The position numbers and the translations under genes were made by a program. The notes below the pieces were generated by a model. That model was not told where the DNA came from, did no database searches, and was given only the letters and a program-made list of their open reading frames with translations. From assembly GCA_964035545.1 (NCBI GenBank), contig OZ037769.1, positions 3,949,929 through 4,013,928 on the forward strand: a stretch of DNA of 64,000 bases, read 5' to 3'. This stretch comes from Bugula neritina. Lineage: Eukaryota > Animalia > Bryozoa. Below, piece by piece: positions 28,110 through 39,570 of this stretch (position 1 is the first letter of the stretch; each line of letters opens with the position of its first letter).

Positions 28110-31100
28110 TTACCCAAAAAACTTGTCCCAGACTTTTTTGGCTCCAGCAGCCAGTGCCTGACTACCTGCAGCTACAGCAGCACGGCAAGCAGAACTGCCA
28201 AGGCATGCTTTGAATGCAGCTGTTCCTGCAGCTATTGCTGTAGTAACTGTAAATACAATGACATCAACTTATTAATCTGTGGTAAAGCAATTACTTACAT
28301 TACACCATAATAAACCACTGTAATGAGTAATATTATACTTGTTAGTACTTTCTATTTATTAAACAATCTTTTTTTTCTATTTTTGTTCGCATTTCGAATC
28401 TTTTTACCTCTACTAATTTTAAAATAGCAAGCTTTAAATAAGCTTTATAGAACTTACTAAAATGTTAAATATTTATATATATTCACTCTTTTAAAACAAA
28501 AGTGAGAGTGTCTTTGTTACCTGATGCACATAATGCTCAAAATAAAAATATTTACACACCAACAGCTCTCTTTCCCCAGAGTTTGCCCCAAAGTTTCTTA
28601 ACTCCACCAACAACTGCATTAACACCATCTTTCACAATTTCTTGGCACTTTCCACTGGCAGCACATGCTTTAGCTGCAGCTGTTCCTAGAGCCACTGCTG
28701 TAGTAACTGTAAATATCATGACATGAACATTTTTAATATTTGATACAAGAAAAGTTACTTACATTACTGCATAATGGCCCACTGTAATGTCCAGTATAAA
28801 ACTTATTTTTATTCCTTTTATAGTTTAATACGTGTTTGTAACTCCACTAATCATAAATTCTATGAAAATTCAAGAAAAGCTCATAACTTTTTCATCATTT
28901 TTAAAATTTTGAAACACGATTGTTTTAAAATAAAATTGCATTTTTACCAAGCTTTTTGAATCTTAAGGTTTGTGAAAAAGAGCAATGAAATACTGATATT
29001 TTGTAAAAAGAACAATTTGAAGGTTTTACAATATAAACATATATAAACAGGACTGTTGTTTTCTCCTGTAAAATTGTCATGATTAAAACCACTTTTTCCA
29101 AGTCACCTGAGAGCAAATGAACTTCAGTTAACATTTTCTTACAACACATTTAGTGATCATGCCTATTCAACACTCAGCTGAGTCATCTAGTTTCACATGA
29201 AAATCTTTTTAATACTATAGCGAAGAACAAAAAAAACGAGAAAAAATATTTTTAGTTGTTTTCCAACAAGCCTGTTCCACAATGACCCCCTTCAACAACT
29301 TGGTTTAACATCTATAGCTACAACATGAAGAAAAACAGTGCTGACACTGTTTTCACTCCACCTAATGCTACTGTATTTTTGATAATCTTTCAGAAACATG
29401 TTTGTATAGTTAGAACAGTGTAATACTAATAAATATAAAATTTAATGGTTTTTTTATGAATTTTAAAGTTGCTAATACAATAAAGCTGCAATGAAGGTAT
29501 GCAATAACTGAAAAATATGTTCCTGTGATATTATCACCAACATGATATTCTTATACTTTAAGGCCAAGTGACCTGAGAACAGATCAAGCAGTTTTGAGAC
29601 ATAAGAATAGATAATTCCACTGATTATTTAATACTATTATATAGGCAATGATATTCAGCTTAATTAATTCCACATAATTAAATACTCTACATCTAATTGT
29701 GTGACAAAGACGGTTCAATACTAATAAATGTAAACTATATGCACACTCTCTATATAATGAGCTAGAATAATTCTATATTCTCTCAGTTAACAATTTTGTA
29801 TACTCAAAGTAGTTTACATACCAACAGCTCTCTTTCCTCCAAACCTGCTGGTAAGTTTATTCCACAAGAACTTGGCTCCTTCAGCAATTTTCTTAGCACC
29901 TGATTTCACAGCCTTAACACACTCACTACTAGCAGCACATGCTTTAGCTGCAGCTGTTCCTAGAGTTACTGCTGTAGTAACTGTAAATATCATGACATCA
30001 AGTCATTACCATTTAGTAAAACAACTGCTTACATTACAGCAAAATGATTTACTGTAATAACCAATTTAGTACTTGGTGCTAGTCTTTGCTTATATAATAA
30101 GGCTTTTCACATATCAACAGGTTGTTTTCCAACAAGCCTGCTCCACAATGACACCCCCCCCCCCCCCAACAACTTTGTTCAACATCTATAGCTACAGCGT
30201 GAAGAAAAACAGTGCTGACAGCACATGTTTTTACTCCACCTAATGCTACTGTATCTATGATAATCTTTCAGAAACATGTTTGTATAGTTAGAACAGTGTA
30301 ATACTAATAAATATATAATTTTATGTTTTTTTATGAATTTTAAAGTTGCTAATACAATAAAGCTGCAATGAAGGCATGCAATAACTGAAAAATATGTTCC
30401 TGTGATATTATCACCAACATGATATTCTTATACTTTAAGGCCAAGTGACCTGAGAACAGATCAAGCAGTTTTGAGACGTAAGAATAGATAATTCCACTGA
30501 TTATTTAATACTATTATATAGGCAATGATATTCAGCTTAATTAATTCCACATAATTAAATACTCTACATCTATTTGTGTGACAAAGACGGTTCAATACTA
30601 ATAAATGTAAACTATATGCACACTCTCTATATAATGAGCTAGAATAATTCTATATTCTCTCAGTTAGCAATTTTGTATACTCAAAGTAGTTTACATACCA
30701 ACAGCTCTCTTTCCTCCAAACCTGCTGGTAAGTTTATTCCACAAGAACTTGGCTCCTTCAGCAATTTTCTTAGCACCTGATTTCACAGCCTTAACACACT
30801 CACTACTAGCAGCACATGCTTTAGCTGCAGCTGTTCCTAGAGTTACTGCTGTAGTAACTGTAAATATCATCACATGAGCATTTTTAATATTTGATACAAG
30901 AAAAAGTTACTTACATTACTGCATAATGGCTTAGTCTAATGTCCAGTATAAAACTTATTTTTATTCTTTATTAAGTTTAATGCCTTTTTGCAACTCCACT
31001 AATTATAAATGCTATGAAAATTCAAGAAAAGCTCATAACTTTTTCGTCATTTTTAAAACTTCCAGAAGCACAATTGTTTTAAAATAAAATTGTATTTTTT

Positions 31101-34100
31101 TACCAAGCTTTTTAAATCTTAAAGTTTGTGAATAAAAGGCAATGAAATACTGTTAAATTGTAGAAAGAACAGTTTGAAGGTTTTACAATATAAACAGGAC
31201 TGTTGTTTTCTTCTGTAAAACTGTCATTAAAACCACTTTTTTCAAGTCACCTGAGAGCAAACCAACTTTAGCTAACATTTTCTTACAACACATTAAATGA
31301 TCATGCCTATTCAACACTCAGCTGAGTCATCTAGTTTCACATAAAAAGTGATTTTAATACTATAGCAAAGAACATTAAAAACGAGAAAAAATATTTTTAG
31401 TTGTTTTCCAACAAGCCTGTTCCACAATGACGCCCTTCAACAACTTGGTTTAACATCTATAGCTACAACATGAAGAAAAACAGTGCTGACACTGTTTTCA
31501 CTCCACCTAATGCTACTGTATCTATGATAATCTTTCAGAAACATGTTTGTATAGTTAGAACAGTGTAATACTAATAAATATATAATTTTATGTTTTTTTA
31601 TGAATTTTAAAGTTGCTAATACAATAAAGCTGCAATGAAGGCATGCAATAACTGAAAAATATGTTCCTGTGATATTATCACCAACATGATATTCTTATAC
31701 TTTAAGGCCAAGTGACCTGAGAACAGATCAAGCAGTTTTGAGACGTTTACGAATAGATAATTCCACTGATTATTTAATACTATTATATAGGCAATGATAT
31801 TCAGCTTAATTAATTCCACATAATTAAATACTCTACATCTAATTGTGTGACAAAGACGGTTCAATACTAATAAATGTAAACTATATGCACACTCTCTATA
31901 TAATGAGCTAGAATAATTCTATATTCTCTCAGTTAGCAATTTTGTATACTCAAAGTAGTTTACATACCAACAGCTCTCTTTCCCCAGAGTTTGCCCCAAA
32001 TTTTTTTAACTCCATCAACAGCTGCATTAACACCATCTTTCACAATTTCTTGGCACTTCCCACTGGCAGCACATGCTTTAGCTGCAGCTGTTCCTAGAGC
32101 CACTGCTGTAGTAACTGTAAATATCATGACATGAACATTTTTAATATTTGATACAAGAAAAGTTACTTACATTACTGCATAATGGCCCACTGTAATGTCC
32201 AGTATAAAACTTATTTTTATTCCTTTTATAGTTTAATGCGTGTTTGTAACTCCACTAATCATAAATGCTATGAAAATTCAAGAAAAGCTCATAACTTTTT
32301 CATCATTTTTATAACTTTGAAACACAATTGTTTTAAAATAAGATTGCATTTTTTACCAAGCTTTTTGAATCTTAAGGTATGTGAAAAAGAGCAATGAAAT
32401 ACTGATATTTTGTAAAAAGAACAATTTGAAGGTTTTACAATATAAACATATATAAACAGGACTGTTGTTTTCTCCTGTAAAATTGTCATGATTAAAACCA
32501 CTTTTTCCAAGTCACCTGAGAGCAAATGAACTTCAGTTAACATTTTCTTACAACACATTTAGTGATCATGCCTATTCAACACTCAGCTGAGTCATCTAGT
32601 TTCACATGAAAATCTTTTTAATACTATAGCGAAGAACAAAAAAAACGAGAAAAAATATTTTTAGTTGTTTTCCAACAAGCCTGTTCCACAATGACCCCCT
32701 TCAACAACTTGGTTTAACATCTATAGCTACAACATGAAGAAAAACAGTGCTGACACTGTTTTCACTCCACCTAATGCTACTGTATTTTTGATAATCTTTC
32801 AGAAACATGTTTGTATAGTTAGAACAGTGTAATACTAATAAATATAAAATTTAATGGTTTTTTATGAATTTTAAAGTTGCTAATACAATAAAGCTGCAAT
32901 GAAGGTATGCAATAACTGAAAAATATGTTCCTGTGATATTATCACCAACATGATATTCTTATACTTTAAGGCCAAGTGACCTGAGAACAGATCAAGCAGT
33001 TTTGAGACGTAAGAATAGATAATTCCACTGATTATTTAATACTATTATATAGGCAATGATATTCAGCTTAATTAATTCCACATAATTAAATACTCTACAT
33101 CTATTTGTGTGACAAAGACGGTTCAATACTAATAAATGTAAACTATATGCACACTCTCTATATAATGAGCTAGAATAATTCTATATTCTCTCAGTTAGCA
33201 ATTTTGTATACTCAAAGTAGTTTACATACCAACAGCTCTCTTTCCTCCAAACCTGCTGGTAAGTTTATTCCACAAGAACTTGGCTCCTTCAGCAATTTTC
33301 TTAGCACCTGATTTCACAGCCTTAACACACTCACTACTAGCAGCACATGCTTTAGCTGCAGCTGTTCCTAGAGTTACTGCTGTAGTAACTGTAAATATCA
33401 TCACATGAGCATTTTTAATATTTGATACAAGAAAAAGTTACTTACATTACTGCATAATGGCTTAGTCTAATGTCCAGTATAAAACTTATTTTTATTCTTT
33501 ATTAAGTTTAATGCCTTTTTGCAACTCCACTAATTATAAAGGCTATGAAAATTCAAGAAAAGCTCATAACTTTTTCGTCATTTTTAAAACTTCCAGAAGC
33601 ACAATTGTTTTAAAATAAAATTGTATTTTTTTACCAAGCTTTTTAAATCTTAAAGTTTGTGAATAAAAGGCAATGAAATACTGATAAATTGTAGAAAGAA
33701 CAGTTTGAAGGTTTTACAATATAAACAGGACTGTTGTTTTCTTCTGTAAAACTGTCATTAAAACCACTTTTTTCAAGTCACCTGAGAGCAAACCAACTTT
33801 AGCTAACATTTTCTTACAACACATTAAATGATCCTGCCTATTCAACACTCAGCTGAGTCATCTAGTTTCACATAAAAAGTGATTTTAATACTATAGCAAA
33901 GAACATTAAAAACGAGAAAAAATATTTTTAGTTGTTTTCCAACAAGCCTGTTCCACAATGACGCCCTTCAACAACTTGGTTTAACATCTATAGCTACAAC
34001 ATGAAGAAAAACAGTGCTGACACTGTTTTCACTCCACCTAATGCTACTGTATCTATGATAATCTTTCAGAAACGCATGTTTGTATAGTTAGAACAGTGTA

Positions 34101-37100
34101 ATACTAATAAATATATAATTTAATGTTTTTTTATGAATTTTAAAGTTGCTAATACAATAAAGCTGCAATGAAGGCATGCAATAACTGAAAAATATGTTCC
34201 TGTGATATTATCACCAACATGATATTCTTATACTTTAAGGCCAAGTGACCTGAGAACATATCAAGCAGTTTTGAGACGTAAGAATAGATAATTCCACTGA
34301 TTATTTAATACTATTATATAGGCAATGATATTCAGCTTAATTAATTCCACATAATTAAATACTCTACATCTAATTGTGTGACAAAGACGGTTCAATACTA
34401 ATAAATGTAAACTATATGCACACTCTCTATATAATGAGCTAGAATAATTCTATATTCTCTCAGTTAGCAATTTTGTATACTCAAAGTAGTTTACATACCA
34501 ACAGCTCTCTTTCCTCCAAACCTGCTGGTAAGTTTATTCCACAAGAACTTGGCTCCTTCAGCAATTTTCTTAGCACCTGATTTCACAGCCTTAACACACT
34601 CACTACTAGCAGCACATGCTGTGGCTGCAGCTTTTCCTAGAGTTATTGCTGTAGTAACTGTAAACATCATGACATCAAGTCATTACCATTTAGTAAAACA
34701 ACTGCTTACATTACAGCAAAATGACTTACTGTAATAACCAATTTAGTACTTGGTGCTAGTCTTTGCTTATATAATAAGGCTTTTCACATATCAACAGGTT
34801 GTTTTCCAACAAGCCTGCTCTACAATGACACCCCCCCCCCCCCCCAACAACTTTGTTCAACATCTATAGCTACAGCGTGAAGAAAAACAGTGCTGACAGC
34901 ACATGTTTTTACTCCACCTAATGCTACTGTATCTATGATAATCTTTCAGAAACATGTTTGTATAGTTAGAACAGTGTAATACTAATAAATATATAATTTT
35001 ATGTTTTTTTATGAATTTTAAAGTTGCTAATACAATAAAGCTGCAATGAAGGTATGCAATAACTGAAAAATATGTTCCTGTGATATTATCACCAACATGA
35101 TATTCTTATACTTTAAGGCCAAGTGACCTGAGAACATATCAAGCAATTTTGAGACGTAAGAATAGATAATTCCACTGATTATTTAATACTATTATATAGG
35201 CAATGATATTCAGCTTAATTAATTCCACATAATTAAATACTCTACATCTAATTGTGTGACAAAGAAGGTTCAATACTAATAAATGTAAACTATATGCACA
35301 CTCTCTATATAATGAGCTAGAATAATTCTATATTCTCTCAGTTAGCAATTTTGTATACTCAAAGTAGTTTACATACCAACAGCTCTCTTTCCTCCAAACC
35401 TGCTGGTAAGTTTATTCCACAAGAACTTGGCTCCTTCAGCAATTTTCTTAGCACCTGATTTCACAGCCTTAACACACTCACTACTAGCAGCACATGCTTT
35501 AGCTGCAGCTGTTCCTAGAGTTACTGCTGTAGTAACTGTAAATATCATCACATGAGCATTTTTAACATTTGATACAAGAAAAAGTTACTTACATTACTGC
35601 ATAATGGCTTAGTCTAATGTCCAGTATAAAACTTATTTTTATTCTTTATTAAGTTTAATGCCTTTTTGCAACTCCACTAATTATAAATGCTATGAAAATT
35701 CAAGAAAAGCTCATAACTTTTTCGTCATTTTTAAAACTTCCAGAAGCACAATTGTTTTAAAAAAAAATTGTATTTTTTTACCAAGCTTTTTAAATCTTAA
35801 AGTTTGTGAATAAAAGGCAATGAAATACTGATAAATTGTAGAAAGAACAGTTTGAAGGTTTTACAATATAAACAGGACTGTTGTTTTCTTCTGTAAAACT
35901 GTCATTAAAACCACTTTTTTCAAGTCACCTGAGAGCAAACCAACTTTAGCTAACATTTTCTTACAACACATTTAGTGATCATGCCTATTCAACACTCAGC
36001 TGAGTCATCTAGTTTCACATAAAAAGTGATTTCAATACTATAGCAAAGAACATTAAAAACGAGAAAAAATATTTTTAGTTCTTTTCCAACAAGCCTGTTC
36101 CACAATGACCCCCTTCAACAACTTGGTTTAACATCTATAGCTACAACATGAAGAAAAACAGTGCTGACACTGTTTTCACCCCACCTAATGCTACTGTATC
36201 TATGATAATCTTTCAGAAACATGTTTGTATAGTTAGAACAGTGTAATACTAATAAATATATAATTTCATGTTTTTTTTATGAATTTTAAAGTTGCTAATA
36301 CAATAAAGCTGCAATGAAGGTATGCAATAACTGAAAAATATGTTCCTGTGATATTATCACCAACATGATATTCTTATACTTTAAGGCCAAGTGACCTGAG
36401 AACATATCAAGCAGTTTTGAGACGCAAGAATAGATAATTCCACTGATTATTTAATACTATTGTATAGGCAATGATATTCAGCTTAATTAATTCCACATAA
36501 TTAAATACTCTACATCTAATTGTGTGACAAAGAAGGTTCAATACTAATAAATGTAAACTATATGCACACTCTCTATATAATGAGCTAGAATAATTCTATA
36601 TTCTCTCAGTTAGCAATTTTGTATACTCAAAGTAGTTTACATACCAACAGCTCTCTTTCCTCCAAACCTGCTGGTAAGTTTATTCCACAAGAACTTGGCT
36701 CCTTCAGCAATTTTCTTAGCACCTGATTTCACAGCCTTAACACACTCACTACTAGCAGCACATGCTTTAGCTGCAGCTGTTCCTAGAGTTACTGCTGTAG
36801 TAACTGTAAATATCATGACATCAAGTCATTACCATTTAGTAAAACAACTGCTTACATTACAGCAAAATGACTTACTGTAATAACCAATTTAGTACTTGGT
36901 GCTAGTCGTTGCTTATATAATAAGGCTTTTCACATATCAACAGGTTGTTTTCCAACAAGCCTGCTCTACAATGACACCCCCCCCCCCCCCCCCCCCCAAC
37001 AACTTTGTTCAACATCTATAGCTACAGCGTGAAGAAAAACAGTGCTGACAGCACATGTTTTTACTCCACCTAATGCTACTGTATCTATGATAATCTTTCA

Positions 37101-39281
37101 GAAACATGTTTGTATAGTTAGAACAGTGTAATACTGATAAATATAAAATTTAACGTTTTTTATGAATTTTAAAGTTGATAACACAATAAAACTGCTAAAT
37201 GCAATGAAGGCATGTATTAACTGAAAATTCTTTTCCTTGTAAAATTACCACTAACATAACATGTTCAAACTTTAGGCCAAGCCACCTAAGAACAGCTAGA
37301 TCAATTTTTGAAAACCTTTTACTTGAATTTTTTCTATAACCACTATATTTTAATTTTTCTTATCACATGTCGTTTCACATGAAAGCAGTTTTGAGATGAG
37401 AGCAGATAATTGCACCAAAATTAAAATGCTACTAGTATATGTGGTTGAGGTCTTTTTGACAAAAAGCACGTTTCAGCTAGGAAATTAATAAAATGCTGAA
37501 ATGAACTCGCTTTGCTTATATTGGTGAACTGATAGAGTATATTATTTAATATCTCAAATATGTTTATGAAAAAATATACTGATAAATATTAAACTTTCAG
37601 TTTGCTATTTGTTGGTGATAGTTTTTCTCAACCAGCTCTCGTATACTCAAAGTAGTTTACATACCAACAGCTCTTTTTCCCCAGAGTTTGCCCCAAATTT
37701 TTTTGGCTCCATCAGCAACTGCTGTAGCAGCTCCAGATAAGACACTTTTGCAAGTTGTGCTACCAAGACATGCCTTTCCTGCAGCTAATGCTGTTCCAAT
37801 AACATCTACTCTTTTGTCTACGAAACAAGAAGCTTTCTAATTTAGCAGTCATATGCAGGTTACATGTATTGAGTAGCAGACTAGTAACAACAAACTTTAA
37901 AACTAAATACTAATAAGTCTGCATTTTTGATTATTCTTACGGTATAAAGTTTTGCATGCCTGCAGTTTTTTCAATAGACTTTTTACAATCTTTGTTTTGC
38001 AGCCACTATGAATGGTCAAACTTCAAAAATGTTGTGCAGTTGATTTTGAAAATGTTTAAGTGCTTAAAAAGTAGTTTTTAATAAAAGGCATTTTTTTGCA
38101 TTTCAATTAGTTGCTGACTTTAGTCTTACCAGTGGCAGCTTCAAAAACTTTGTTGACAACTCCATGCACAGCCTCTTTGCATTGATCATTCTGAGCACAG
38201 AATTTTACAGCATTTGAGAGAACCTGCTTCACCTTGTCAAACTCTTCATCAACAAAGTCTAGTTTGTCAGCTGTAACAATAGATTCGATTTATAAGGCGA
38301 CAGTTAATCATGAGATGACAACTCTGAACTCAAATATAGTTATATAAGGAAGAATCTGAAAGTCTTTCTATGTGAACTGATAGTTGTAATTGCTTAGGCA
38401 GGTAAAACTAACGTATATTCTGTAAATCTCATAGGTACTTACCTACAAGTTCTTTAGCATCAGCCAGACCATTTCTAGTAGACTCTGAAATATTGATATA
38501 GTTTTGTTATTAGAATGCTACAACTGTGTATACATACAGCTCATATATATCTTATTATATGCAATATATTATATTCAAAGTTGATAGACCAACAAATGTG
38601 CATATAAACATGAAAAATTAGTTGGAAAGATACAAGAATTATTTGGTAATTGCATAGATCAACAAATGTGCATATAAACATGAAAAATTAGTTGGAAAGA
38701 TACAAGAATTATTTGGTAATTGCATAGATCAAAATTCAAAAATGTATGACTCACTATTGACCTAAATTTGTTGTTTATAGTTAAAATTTTAGCCATTGTT
38801 TGGTTATGTAGGTTTATGAATTTTAAAAATGCTATGACACTTGGAAATTGTGAGAAATCATTTTTCTGGCATGTGCAAAATTGAATGTTCAACATTTGTG
38901 CAGTTTAATGGCAAAATTGAATAAAAACCTGTGTTCTATACTACTATAAATGAAGCAAAAAGCGATGTTCTCACAAAAATTTCCAACCAAATTTTACCAC
39001 ATCTTTTAGCAAAATAAAAAGCCTGGGTGATATCTCAATTTCCTCACTGTTGCAACTAACTGAAAGCTTTATTGTAACTAAGTGTTGCATTTCTATGGCA
39101 TAATACAAATTCAAACTGAGTATATTGAACTTAACAACTTGTCATTAATCAAGCTATTATTTAACATTATTTACAAACCTTTGAAGATGTCTAGAAGAGA
39201 ATGGACTCCTTCTTCAACATGTTGGAAAACATTTGCGTTGGCGACGGCAACAGCCAGGAAAAGGATTGCAAGCACTTTCAT
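28110..39281 (-). CDS. Secreted multi-copy peptide precursor (607 aa): signal peptide, acidic pro-region and ten KR-delimited, amidation-signalled, C-X5-C cationic peptides; putative antimicrobial/cytolytic polyprotein
   Basis: Thirteen coding exons: 39281-39179, 38484-38443, 38270-38130, 37817-37665, 36803-36645, 35535-35377, 34657-34499, 33388-33230, 32114-31968, 30857-30699, 29980-29822, 28706-28560, 28246-28110. All introns are GT..AG and phase 1, and the internal exons are 42/141/153/159/147 nt. The total of 1824 nt has no internal stop. The protein starts MKVLAILFLAVAVANA, repeats end in G-KR, and the last ends DKFFG*. The structure is read from the sequence; the function is inferred. 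Confidence 0.9.
28550..37720. repeat. Tandem array of exon+intron units (about 877, 1262 and 1269 bp) with near-identical introns
   Basis: Successive exon 3' ends at 28560, 29822, 30699, 31968, 33230, 34499, 35377, 36645 and 37665 give spacings of 1262, 877, 1269, 1262, 1269, 878, 1268 and 1020 bp. A shared ~550-bp intron block recurs in the units (diverged in the last one). Confidence 0.97.
38591..38730. repeat. Perfect 70-bp tandem duplication in intron 2 of the peptide-precursor gene
   Basis: 38591-38660 is identical to 38661-38730 (aacaaatgtg...tgcatagatc). Confidence 0.95.
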
Positions 39282-39570
39282 CTTCAGTTCACTACAAAAT
39301 CATATATCAGTTCACATATTATATTATATATTATATTATACTACGGACTACAGCATGCTGGATAAGTGTAATATTACCAACACAAACTAAGATTTTATCA
39401 TGGTTACTAATTATCATTTTAACATGATGTCCGTTGCAGCAACACTTAGTGAAAATGTTTAAAACATTGAACAAGATGCAAGCTAAACATGAATTGAAGA
39501 AATTGTTTACTGCAAAATACTAATTTTATAAACAAGTGCTAAAAGTGAGTATTAGAGAAGAATATATTAC

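Noticed and set aside
30691-35551. Three identical 60-aa ORFs (MMIFTVTTAV...GKRAVGM) as separate single-exon genes
   Set aside because: Their starts lie in the intron upstream of an AG acceptor, and they end just past a GT donor. They have no signal peptide or promoter, and sister copies lack the start. They are cassette exons of one gene.
28502-36880. Repeated plus-strand ORFs (MAPSAIFL..., MRVSLL..., MAHCNVQ...) and minus-strand MCCKKML...
   Set aside because: They are antisense shadows of the peptide exons or chance ORFs in duplicated introns, and they are disrupted in other copies.
15834-39281. LYSMD3, HDAC11 and the peptide gene as a functional immune cluster
   Set aside because: Adjacency alone is uninformative in this gene-dense region. 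The flanking genes look like housekeeping genes with different promoter types.
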